Source of the DNA: a bacterium
GTDB lineage: Bacteria > JAJVIF01
Reading direction: 5' to 3'
Length of the DNA stretch: 64,000 bases
Assembly (NCBI GenBank): GCA_022072165.1
Contig: JAJVIF010000001.1
Coordinates: 1,258,598-1,322,597, forward strand
The notes under the pieces are model-generated. The model worked only from the letters and a program-made list of their open reading frames with translations, was not told where the DNA came from and searched no databases. Within the stretch, counting starts at the first letter, position 1. Each line of letters opens with the position of its first letter. Below, piece by piece: positions 43,871 through 52,697 of the stretch. The translations under genes and the position numbers were made by a program.

Positions 43871-44956
43871 TTGTCAGGATCACAGGAAAGGCCGGGCAAA
43901 CAGGTCGTGCTGGTACTGCTGGCGGCTCACGCCACAGAAGCCGACATCGCGCAGGCCATCGCGACCCTGGAGGGTCGGGGTGCCAGTGTGCAGCCCCTCC
44001 AGCATGGAGGGCAGACCTGCCTGCTGGTGACCGGCCTGCCGCCGGGGACCTCCCAGTCGGGGCTGGGTGCCCTGGCGGGAGTCGAGCAGGTCCTCCCAGT
44101 CACCCGACCGTATGTCCTCGCCAGCCGGACCTTTACCACGGAAAACTCGATAGTCCCGGTTGGTGGACTCCCGGTCGGTGGCCCGGGCTTGCTGGTGGTG
44201 GCGGGTCCCTGCGCGGTGGAAAGCCGGGCGCAGACACTCACCGTTGCTGATGGTGTTTCGCGCGATGGAGCACAAGCGCTCCGGGGGGGGGCGTACAAGC
44301 CACGGACATCCCCCTACTCCTTCCAGGGACTTGGCCCCGAGGGGCTGGAGATTCTCGCTGAAGCCCGGGCCCGTACGGGGCTGCGGATCATCACGGAAGC
44401 GATGGATCAGGAGCAGCTCGATCTGGTCGCGCCGGTGGCGGATGCGGTCCAGATCGGGGCGCGCAATATGCAGAACTTTCCGCTGCTCAAGGCGTGCGGG
44501 GAGATCGGGAAGCCGGTCGTGCTGAAGCGTGGGATGTCGGCGACTCTCACCGACTGGCTTTTGGCGGCGGAGTACATCCTCGACGCGGGGAATCCGCATG
44601 TGATTTTGTGTGAGCGGGGCATCCGGACCTTTACGGATCACAGTCGCAACACCCTCGACCTGTCGATCATCCCGGCGGCGAAGGCGGAGACGCACCTCCC
44701 GGTGATCGTGGACCCCTCCCATGCCACCGGGCGACGCCTGCTCGTGCCGGCCATGGCCCGGGCGGCGATCGCCGCGGGGGCTGATGGCCTGCTGATTGAA
44801 GTGCATGGGAATCCGTCAGAAGCGCAGTCCGATGGCGAGCAGGCGATTCTGCCAGCAGAGTTTCGGGCTTTAATGCGCGATCTGGAGTCCCTGGCTCCGT
44901 TGCTGGGACGGCATCTGCTGCCAGCCCCAGTAGCCCTCCCCGCTCCGGCGGAGTAG
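43871..44956 (+). CDS. 3-deoxy-7-phosphoheptulonate (DAHP) synthase, class I-beta with an N-terminal regulatory domain
   Basis: Catalytic-barrel motifs (LLVVAGPCAVES, KPRTSPYSFQG, IVDPSH). The N-terminal ~80 aa form an ACT/FL-like extension. The start is uncertain (TTG 43871 or GTG 43907; there is no in-frame ATG). Confidence 0.75.
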   Translation: MSGSQERPGKQVVLVLLAAHATEADIAQAIATLEGRGASVQPLQHGGQTCLLVTGLPPGTSQSGLGALAGVEQVLPVTRPYVLASRTFTTENSIVPVGGLPVGGPGLLVVAGPCAVESRAQTLTVADGVSRDGAQALRGGAYKPRTSPYSFQGLGPEGLEILAEARARTGLRIITEAMDQEQLDLVAPVADAVQIGARNMQNFPLLKACGEIGKPVVLKRGMSATLTDWLLAAEYILDAGNPHVILCERGIRTFTDHSRNTLDLSIIPAAKAETHLPVIVDPSHATGRRLLVPAMARAAIAAGADGLLIEVHGNPSEAQSDGEQAILPAEFRALMRDLESLAPLLGRHLLPAPVALPAPAE

Positions 44957-44971
44957 CATCTTCCGCTGTTC

Positions 44972-46153
44972 ATGGACTGCTCCATCATCATCCCCAACTT
45001 CAACGGTCGGCATGTGCTCGGCACCTGCCTGGCTGCGCTGTATGAACAGACCAGCACCCGGCTGATCGAACGGGAAATCATTGTGGTGGACAACGGGTCC
45101 ACCGATGATTCACGTCAGTTCGTGACGGCGGAGTACCCGGAAGTCTCGGTCATCAGCCTGCCGCGAAACACCGGCTTCACCGGGGGCATCGCCGCCGGCG
45201 TGGAGGCGGCTCGGGGCGACACGCTGGTCTTCCTCAACAACGACACGCGTCCGGACTTTGTCTGGCTGGAATCGCTCCTGCAGCCGCTGCGGGATCCGGC
45301 AGTGGCAGCAGTCGGGAGCCTGATGCTGAATGCGTCGGAGGAAGCGATTGATTTCGCAGGCGGGACCGCCAATCTCTTTGGGTGGGGCTTTCAGCAGGGA
45401 CATGGCACTCCCGCGCCGGTGGCAGAGCCAGAGGCAGCACCGGTCCCGATGCTCTTTGTCTGCGGCGGAGCGATGGCGGTACGCCGCCCCGTGTACCAGC
45501 AGGTGGGGGGCTTTGATGGGGAGTACTTCGCCTTTTTCGAGGATGTCGACCTGGGGTGGCGACTGAATCTCGCCGGACACCGGGTGGTGTTGGCCCCGGC
45601 ATCCCGGGTAGCGCATCAGCAGTCGCATACGGCGAAGCAGATGCCGAAATCGCTCCGGACCTTCCTCATCGAGCGCAATGCCTTCACGACAATGGTGAAG
45701 AATCTCTCCGAGGCCAATCTGCACCGGCTCCTTCCCTGGGCGACCGCGCTGCTACTGGAGCGGAGCCTGCTGGATCTGGGGATCGAGCGGGATCGGCTCT
45801 TTGCTGGTCGCTGGGGAGATGAGATTTTCAGCCGGGGGAGTCGCAGCGCTGCGGAATCGCTCGCGGAAGGAATGTCCCGCATCGAGGAAAGCAGCAAACG
45901 GCTCGTGAAGGAGTCGCTCCTGGGCGAAGGGAATCAGACGGAGCGGGGACAGGGACGACTCCTGGCGCTGCAGGCGGTCTTCCGACGCTGGCCGTATTGG
46001 TTGTCGCGACGGGCCGAGATCCAGGGATTGCGGCAGGTGGGGGATCGTCAGCTTTTTCCGTTGATGAAGGACCTCCTGCGTCCCCCCCTGGGACATCCGC
46101 GTGAGCAGGAACTACTGGATCAGCTTGCAGCTCTCCTCCGGAGCGGGGAATGA
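44972..46153 (+). CDS. Glycosyltransferase family 2
   Basis: CSIIIPNFNGRHVLGTCL ... IVVDNGSTDDS ... DxD-like FFEDVD. Confidence 0.75.
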   Translation: MDCSIIIPNFNGRHVLGTCLAALYEQTSTRLIEREIIVVDNGSTDDSRQFVTAEYPEVSVISLPRNTGFTGGIAAGVEAARGDTLVFLNNDTRPDFVWLESLLQPLRDPAVAAVGSLMLNASEEAIDFAGGTANLFGWGFQQGHGTPAPVAEPEAAPVPMLFVCGGAMAVRRPVYQQVGGFDGEYFAFFEDVDLGWRLNLAGHRVVLAPASRVAHQQSHTAKQMPKSLRTFLIERNAFTTMVKNLSEANLHRLLPWATALLLERSLLDLGIERDRLFAGRWGDEIFSRGSRSAAESLAEGMSRIEESSKRLVKESLLGEGNQTERGQGRLLALQAVFRRWPYWLSRRAEIQGLRQVGDRQLFPLMKDLLRPPLGHPREQELLDQLAALLRSGE

Positions 46154-46833
46154 CGCAGGCACCGCCGCCGGACCCGATGGACTATGCGGCGGCAGCCGAA
46201 GAAATTACGCCCCGCGCGTTGCCGCCGGGCGACCCGGTCGCGACCACCGAGGATGCCGAGCCGGAGATTCCGCTGGAGCTGGTGTTGCGTCCCGCGCCGC
46301 GCATCGCGCCATCGATGCTCTGGGGCGGATTGCTGACACTGAGCGTGCTCATAGCGTTGCCCTTGCTGATGCGGCTACCGGTCTGGCAAACACGTCGGGT
46401 CTCCTCAGCCGAACAACAGGCGCTGGCCGGACTCCGCTCGCTGGGTGCCGCGCAGGAGGCGTATGCGTCACGGCGCGCGGAACAGAGCTACGCCTCGCGG
46501 GAAGGCTTGCGGATCGCCGGGCTGTTTCCGGAGCCAGCGATTCGGGACTTACGGAGCGGCGGATACAGTCTGGCCTACTGGAACGCGTGGCCTGCGCTCT
46601 GGGTCGACAGTGGGATGAGTCCGGCGTCGGTGGCTCCGGGGACGCCCTGGCGCTCCCGGACGAGGGTGCGTCCTGCGACCTACACGATTGTCGCGCTCCC
46701 GCCACCGCGCAACCGCACCGGACTGCGGACTTTCGCCCTCTGTTCGGATGGGGTCCTGCGGGTGGCGGACCGGTCACTCCCCCACTTCGAGAATGCCTGT
46801 GACTGGCCAGTGCTCCCCCCGGCTTCCCGGTAG
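46150..46833 (+). CDS. Hypothetical membrane-anchored protein
   Basis: ATGA overlap with the GT2 gene; one TM (LWGGLLTLSVLIALPLLM). Confidence 0.4.
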   Translation: MTQAPPPDPMDYAAAAEEITPRALPPGDPVATTEDAEPEIPLELVLRPAPRIAPSMLWGGLLTLSVLIALPLLMRLPVWQTRRVSSAEQQALAGLRSLGAAQEAYASRRAEQSYASREGLRIAGLFPEPAIRDLRSGGYSLAYWNAWPALWVDSGMSPASVAPGTPWRSRTRVRPATYTIVALPPPRNRTGLRTFALCSDGVLRVADRSLPHFENACDWPVLPPASR

Positions 46834-46839
46834 AATCGG

Positions 46840-47076
46840 GTGATGGGCGATCCGCGCTGGGCCTGGTTGCATGGGGTGGGCTGGACGCTGCTGGCGATGG
46901 GGGGCACCCTCTGGCTGCTGCTGGAGATTGCGGGAGTTCCGGGGCAGCAGGGACGGGTCCTGCGGGTGATTTTTGCCGGTCTGACGTTGCTGGGGCTGGT
47001 GATGCTGGGGGTTTACTTCGGCGTCAATCCGGGCCACACCCCGCTGGATCAGGTCGCGATGCTCATGGTGCGCTGA
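46840..47076 (+). CDS. Small two-TM membrane protein, hypothetical
   Basis: 78-aa ORF with two hydrophobic helices. Confidence 0.3.
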   Translation: MMGDPRWAWLHGVGWTLLAMGGTLWLLLEIAGVPGQQGRVLRVIFAGLTLLGLVMLGVYFGVNPGHTPLDQVAMLMVR

Positions 47077-47124
47077 CTCTGGGAGTTGGGGAGCCTGGGA
47101 GCGGCTCTGCTAGGCTAGGGCGTT

Positions 47125-49239
47125 ATGAGTGAACGCCCTGCCCCGACCGGTCTCGATGCCCTCTTTGCCCCCCGGGGAGTCGCCATCATCGGCGCTTCCC
47201 GCGAAGAACACACCATCGGTCGGGAGATTCTGGAGAATCTGATTGGCGCGGGATTCCAGGGACCGATTTTCCCGGTGAATCCCAAGGCTCCCTGGGTCAA
47301 CAGCCTCAAGTGCTACCCCTCCGTGACCACCATTCCCGACCCGGTGGATCTCGCCATCATCGTGGTGCCATGCGTCCATGTCCCGGGCGTATTGCGCGAA
47401 TGCGGGCAGCAGGGGATCCGGGGGGCAGTGATTATCTCCAACGGCTTCAAAGAGGTGGGAGGCGAGGGCATCGCCCGGGAAGAGGAACTGCTGGCGATCG
47501 CGGCGGAATATGGCATCCGGCTGATTGGTCCGAACTGCATGGGGATTCTGAACATGGACCCCGCCATCGGGCTGAATGCATCGTTTGCCAAAGCCGTCCC
47601 GACCCCGGGTGCGGTGGGCTTTATGTCGCAGTCCGGAGCGCTCGGCGAAACGATTCTGAATGTCGCGGAAGATCTGGGCCTGGGACTGGCCCAGTTTGTC
47701 AGTCTCGGCAACATGGCCGATGTCGATGGGCTGGAGCTGCTGGAGTACTGGGGCAAAAATCCCGACATCCGGCTCGTGATGATGTATCTCGAGCAGCTGA
47801 GTGAGCCGCATCGCTTCATCGACATCGCGAGTCAGGTGACACGCCACAAGCCGGTGGTGGTGGTGAAGGCCGGACGCTCCCCCCAGGGGGCCCGGGCGGT
47901 AGCCTCGCATACCGGGAGTCTGGCGGGCAGTGACGTCGGACGAGTCCATCTGTTCGAGCAGTGCGGCGTACTACGGGCAGAGCGGATGGAGGAACTCTTC
48001 GACATCGGGATGCTGCTGGTGAGTCAGCCCCTCCCCCGGGGGAATCGGGTCGGGATCGTGACAAACAGTGGTGGTCCCGGGATTCTGGCTACCGACGCCC
48101 TCATCGCAAACGGCCTCCAGGTCTCGCCGCTGAGTCCCCGGACCCGGGACAATCTGCGTCTGCGGGTCCCGACAGGGGCCTCGCTGAATAATCCCGTCGA
48201 CCTCACCGCTGGCGCGACTTCGCAGCATTTCCGCCTCGCCATCGAAGCGCTGCTGCAGGACCCGCTTATCGACATCCTCATGGTTGTCTTCATCAGTCCG
48301 GTGATGCTAAATGCGGCCGAAGTGGCGGACTATATCGTGCAGGGCGCGGGAGTCACCGACAAGCCCGTGGTGACTGTCTTTATGAACGAACGGCAGGGCG
48401 AAGACGCGGTGCGTCGGCTGCAACAGGCCGGGATCCCCAACTATCGCTTCCCGGAGTCGGCAGCCCGGGCGCTGGCAAGTCTGACCTGGTACGCCGACTA
48501 TCTGTCCCAGCCTGCAGGAGAGCGTCGGGCTTTCGACTTTGATGTCCCGGCGCTCAAAGCCCTGCTGGCGCAGGCGGCACCCGATGGCTGGCTGCCGTTT
48601 GATCTCGCCATGGAGTTACTGGGCCTTATCGGTATTCCGACGGTTCGGTCCCGGTTCGTGGACCGGGAGGCTGCGCCACCGCCCGAGGGAGCGTATACCG
48701 TGGTGCTGAAAACCATCAGCCCCAAGTTACAGCACAAGTCCGACGCGGGGGGAGTCGTAGTGGGAATTGCCGATGCCGCGCACTGGACCACCGCATTAGC
48801 GGCCATGCACGAACGCTTGCGGCAGGCGGGCCTCCAGCCGGCGGACTACCGGATTCTGGAACAGGAGCAGGTACCCGGCGGCGAAGAGATCATCATCGGT
48901 GTCAGTCGGGAAGACTCGCTGGGGCATCTGATCATGTTTGGGCTGGGGGGGACTACGGTCGAAGTCCTGAAGGATGTCGTCTTCCGGCTGCATCCCCTCA
49001 CGACCCTGCAGGCAGCCAAGATGGTCCGGGAGATTCAGGGACTTCCTCTGCTCACCGGGTTCCGGGGCCGGACTCCGACGGACCTGGACTTTGCCGAGGA
49101 ACTCCTGTTACGGGTCAGCGCCCTGCTGGAAGTCTGCCCGGAGATTGTGGAACTGGACCTGAATCCGTTCATGCTGACCGACCAGGCGGCAAGCAGCCGG
49201 GCGGTGGATGTCCGTCTCCGGGTGGCGACGAGCGAGTAA
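47125..49239 (+). CDS. Acetyl-CoA synthetase (ADP-forming), fused alpha/beta (NDP-forming acyl-CoA synthetase)
   Basis: CoA-binding N-terminus (VAIIGASREEHTIGREIL), ligase-CoA domain (GPNCMGILN) and a C-terminal ATP-grasp domain. Confidence 0.8.
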   Translation: MSERPAPTGLDALFAPRGVAIIGASREEHTIGREILENLIGAGFQGPIFPVNPKAPWVNSLKCYPSVTTIPDPVDLAIIVVPCVHVPGVLRECGQQGIRGAVIISNGFKEVGGEGIAREEELLAIAAEYGIRLIGPNCMGILNMDPAIGLNASFAKAVPTPGAVGFMSQSGALGETILNVAEDLGLGLAQFVSLGNMADVDGLELLEYWGKNPDIRLVMMYLEQLSEPHRFIDIASQVTRHKPVVVVKAGRSPQGARAVASHTGSLAGSDVGRVHLFEQCGVLRAERMEELFDIGMLLVSQPLPRGNRVGIVTNSGGPGILATDALIANGLQVSPLSPRTRDNLRLRVPTGASLNNPVDLTAGATSQHFRLAIEALLQDPLIDILMVVFISPVMLNAAEVADYIVQGAGVTDKPVVTVFMNERQGEDAVRRLQQAGIPNYRFPESAARALASLTWYADYLSQPAGERRAFDFDVPALKALLAQAAPDGWLPFDLAMELLGLIGIPTVRSRFVDREAAPPPEGAYTVVLKTISPKLQHKSDAGGVVVGIADAAHWTTALAAMHERLRQAGLQPADYRILEQEQVPGGEEIIIGVSREDSLGHLIMFGLGGTTVEVLKDVVFRLHPLTTLQAAKMVREIQGLPLLTGFRGRTPTDLDFAEELLLRVSALLEVCPEIVELDLNPFMLTDQAASSRAVDVRLRVATSE

Positions 49240-49242
49240 CGA

Positions 49243-50181
49243 TCAGACTCCGGCTTTGCGGGTCGGTTCCTTGTCACTGGCTTTGTCTTTCTTCTTCTTC
49301 GCGGCGGAGTCCTTCTTCGACTGTTCAGCCGACTTGCGGGCCTGACGCTCGAGTTCCATGAAATCCGGGTACTGGTAAGTGAAGGCGGACTCAGGCGGAG
49401 TCGGATTGAGGAAGCGGACCAGCGACTCCTGGTCATAGTTCGCCACGAAGGCATCGACACGTTTCGCCCGGTCTTTCGATGGCGGGTGCGAGTGCAGGTA
49501 CTTCAGGATTCCGAGACTCTTTTCCTTTTCGGCTAGGAGGCGCAGGAAGTCAGCCATGGCGTCGGGGTCATAGCCAGCTTCCGTGGCGAGAATCACGCCA
49601 TAGCGATCGGCCTCGGTTTCCTGATCCTGCGAGTAGTCTGCGGTGAGGTAACTCTCCGTGAGGGCCGCGACATACTGCGCATCCTTCCCAAGCCGCTTGC
49701 CGAACAGCAGGTCGAGGGCTGTGAATGCAAGAGCCTGTCGCAGCACCTTTTCGACACGCCGGAAGGCGTGAAGCTCTGACAGGTGGCCGAGCTCGTGGCC
49801 AATCACCGCCGCCAGCAAATCATCGTTTTTCCCCACGGCATCCAGCAGCCCCCGGGTGACGTAGATGTGGCCGCTGGGGAGTGCAAAAGCGTTGATTTCC
49901 TCCATGTCCAGGACCTGAAAGGCGAAGACGGTCCCTTCCTGGTACTTCGCGAGCTTTGCCAGCCTGTCGCCGATGCGACGCACCCGGGCCTGCGCCTGGG
50001 CGTTGGGGTAAAGACCCTCTTTTTTCTCGATTTCCTTCGCCGCATCGCGACCGGCGGCACGAACCTCGCCTTTCCCGACCAGGCTTTTCGCTTCGGCAGA
50101 TGGCACCAGCACCAGCAGGCTGCAGAGCAGCAAGAGGGTCAGTCGACCTGTCCTGCCCAAGGCTGTTGCGATCCGGATCAT
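49243..50181 (-). CDS. M48-family zinc metallopeptidase (BepA/HtpX-like)
   Basis: AVIGHELGHL HExxH motif, a signal peptide and a Lys-rich C-terminal tail. ATG verified at 50179-50181. Confidence 0.75.
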   Translation of the reverse strand: MIRIATALGRTGRLTLLLLCSLLVLVPSAEAKSLVGKGEVRAAGRDAAKEIEKKEGLYPNAQAQARVRRIGDRLAKLAKYQEGTVFAFQVLDMEEINAFALPSGHIYVTRGLLDAVGKNDDLLAAVIGHELGHLSELHAFRRVEKVLRQALAFTALDLLFGKRLGKDAQYVAALTESYLTADYSQDQETEADRYGVILATEAGYDPDAMADFLRLLAEKEKSLGILKYLHSHPPSKDRAKRVDAFVANYDQESLVRFLNPTPPESAFTYQYPDFMELERQARKSAEQSKKDSAAKKKKDKASDKEPTRKAGV

Positions 50182-50228
50182 GGGGCACCTCCTGTCAGGC
50201 ACTCAGACACTGTGTAGCGCGTTCCGGC

Positions 50229-50819
50229 TCATTCCTGCGGCGGGACATCCCGCCAGCGTCGGCCGATCTGATGCGGCAGCCTCAGGAGGTCGAGCACCCG
50301 GGCCACGATGGTGTCCGCGAGGTCATCGATGGACTCCGGATGGTGATAGAACCCCGGGGCGGCCGGGACAATGGTGGCACCGGCCTCCGCCAGGGTCAGC
50401 AGATTGCGCAGATGGATTTTGTTGAAGGGCGTTTCCCGGGGGACCAGAATCAGGGGGCGCTGCTCTTTGAGCATGACATCCGCAGCGCGTCCGATGAGAT
50501 CCGCGCTGATGCCGGCCGCGATCTGCCCCACATGTCCCATGCTGCAGGGAATCACCACCATGCCTTCGGCTTCAAAGGACCCTGATGACGGACCGGCCCA
50601 CATGTTGCCTGGTTTGTGAGTCAGCAGACGGGGATAGTCGTAAATCCAGCGCTGGTGTTCCGGCGAACACTCGTAGGCGAGGACCTGCTCGCCGACCGTG
50701 CTCAGGATCAGATGAATTTCACCGTCGTAGCAATCTGCGAGGGCACGCATGAAGCGGGCGGCATAGATACTGCCGGACGCGCCAGTGATCCCCACCACGA
50801 GCCGTCGGGCCTGGCTCAT
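50229..50819 (-). CDS. ubiX: UbiX-family flavin prenyltransferase
   Basis: VVGITGASGSIYAARF ... MVVIPCSMG motifs. Confidence 0.85.
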   Translation of the reverse strand: MSQARRLVVGITGASGSIYAARFMRALADCYDGEIHLILSTVGEQVLAYECSPEHQRWIYDYPRLLTHKPGNMWAGPSSGSFEAEGMVVIPCSMGHVGQIAAGISADLIGRAADVMLKEQRPLILVPRETPFNKIHLRNLLTLAEAGATIVPAAPGFYHHPESIDDLADTIVARVLDLLRLPHQIGRRWRDVPPQE

Positions 50820-51613
50820 GACAACATCGCCTCGCTGACGGCGGGCGGCACATAGTGCGCGTCGGGTTTGCGCCCGACATGGAGCGTGGCGACTCCGAGG
50901 AACTGGTCTTCGATCTGAAGCTCCACAAGGCCGGCCTGCTCCATCAGCTGCCCCAGCTCCTGGGGGCTGAGGAACGACTCCACCGAGGCGGAGAGGTAGC
51001 GATAGGCTCCGGCATCAGGCGCGACCAGTCGGGCGATGACCGGCAGGATGTGGTGGGTATAGAGGTCGGTGCAACGACGGCGGAAGGTGCGGGGCTGGCG
51101 CATGAATTCGAGGATGCAGACATGTCCGCCAGGCCGACAGACCCGGGCCATTTCCGCGACTCCCCGGGCGGTGTCTGAGACGTTCCGGATCCCAAACGCG
51201 ACAGACACGGCTTCGAATGTGTTGTCGGCGAAGGGAAGTTCCAGCAGATTTGCCTTTACGAACTCTGTCCGGTCGGTGTAGCCGAGTTGTCCGGCTTTCT
51301 GAGTCGCCCGATCCAGCATGGCCGCTGAGAAGTCAATGCCGACTCCCCGGAGGGTGTAGGCGGTCTGGCGCATGAACTCGAACAGGACATCCCCGGTGCC
51401 GGTAGCGCAGTCCAGGACCTGCCCCGTTTCGCCGACTGCCGCAAGTTCCACGAGGCGACGTCGCCAGGCGACATCCAGCGAACCGGAGAGGACCCGGTTG
51501 AGGAAGTCGTACCGGGGGGCAACCCGGTCGAACATCGCCTCAATGTCGCTGTCGGCCTTCTGGAGGTTCCGCGCAACATCGGTGGGGGCCTGGTTGGTCG
51601 ACGTGAGAGCCAT
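50816..51613 (-). CDS. ubiE: UbiE/MenG-family class I SAM methyltransferase
   Basis: MFDRVAPRYDFLNRVLSGSLDVAWRR and VLDCATGTGD motif I. 4-nt overlap with ubiX. ATG verified at 51611-51613. Confidence 0.75.
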   Translation of the reverse strand: MALTSTNQAPTDVARNLQKADSDIEAMFDRVAPRYDFLNRVLSGSLDVAWRRRLVELAAVGETGQVLDCATGTGDVLFEFMRQTAYTLRGVGIDFSAAMLDRATQKAGQLGYTDRTEFVKANLLELPFADNTFEAVSVAFGIRNVSDTARGVAEMARVCRPGGHVCILEFMRQPRTFRRRCTDLYTHHILPVIARLVAPDAGAYRYLSASVESFLSPQELGQLMEQAGLVELQIEDQFLGVATLHVGRKPDAHYVPPAVSEAMLS

Positions 51614-51726
51614 GTGCAGAAATGAGTGTAGCAGGGTGCGCGAAAGGCTAGGGTGCATTAAGGGTGCTTAAGCGAGGAGCCCACTGGGAGTCGATGTTGT
51701 AGTGATACGCGACAGCGGAGGCGGGC

Positions 51727-52692
51727 ATGAGTCGGCGGGCAGACATCCTGAAAAAAATCACGCAGGTGCCACGCCTGCCGGTGGCCGCCATCGAAGCACT
51801 GAAAGCGCTGCAGGACCCCGACAACTCCGTGGATGCCGTGGTCCCGACGCTGGCTCATGATCCTGGACTGACCGCCGCGATTCTGCGAGTCGCGAACTCC
51901 GCGGCTTTTGCCGGGCAGCGGGAATGTACGGTCCTGCGGGATGGGTTGCTCCGCTTAGGGAATGAGCGGGTCCGTCAGGTGCTCGTCCGGGCGGGCCTCG
52001 GACCGGGAGCGCAAAAACCACTTGTCGGCTATGGCCTCGCCCCAGGCGAACTCCTGGAGCATTCGATGCTGGTGGCACGGGGCGCGGTCGCGCTGGGGAA
52101 GCTCCTGGGGACCCCGGTTGCGCCGGCGGTCTTCACCGCCGGCCTCCTGCACAACATCGGCAAGATGGTGTTGGGGACCTGGATGGACGTGGATGGAGTG
52201 GCGATTCGTCACCTGGCAGAAGCGGAGCGTCTGACGTTTGATGAAGCTGAGCGGATGGTGCTGGGGATCGATCACGCGGAGGTTGGGGCGGTGCTGCTGG
52301 AGTCCTGGGGGATCCCGGATGAGATCGTGACTGCCGTCCGGTGGCATCACCTGCCGGAGCGGGGTCCGGAGCCTCGACTGGCGGCCCGTCTGATCCATCT
52401 GGCGGACAGCGTCGTGATCCACGAGGGGGTCGGTGCAGGGGTCGACGGGGAGTTTTATCCCCCCTGCTCGGAGACCGTGGAAGCACTGCGATTTACGCCA
52501 TCCGTGGCGCAGGAACTCGCACGGGATTTACGGGCGGATCGAAAGCGTCTTGGACGGATGTTCGGCTTTGCGACCCCGACTCAGACACAGGTCGAGGTCG
52601 TTGATCCGGAAGAGGATGACAATGTGGCGACTGCCGAACGGGGTCCGGTCATGATGCAGCGACTGCTGGGCTTCATGTTCGCCCGGAAGTAG
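51727..52692 (+). CDS. HDOD-domain signalling protein
   Basis: LPRLPVAAIEALKALQDPDNSVDAVVPTLAHDPGLTAAILRVANSAAF ... HNIGKMVL. Confidence 0.75.
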   Translation: MSRRADILKKITQVPRLPVAAIEALKALQDPDNSVDAVVPTLAHDPGLTAAILRVANSAAFAGQRECTVLRDGLLRLGNERVRQVLVRAGLGPGAQKPLVGYGLAPGELLEHSMLVARGAVALGKLLGTPVAPAVFTAGLLHNIGKMVLGTWMDVDGVAIRHLAEAERLTFDEAERMVLGIDHAEVGAVLLESWGIPDEIVTAVRWHHLPERGPEPRLAARLIHLADSVVIHEGVGAGVDGEFYPPCSETVEALRFTPSVAQELARDLRADRKRLGRMFGFATPTQTQVEVVDPEEDDNVATAERGPVMMQRLLGFMFARK

Positions 52693-52697
52693 CGACT

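Noticed and set aside
43880-44806. 308-aa minus-strand ORF
   Set aside because: Antisense to the DAHP synthase.
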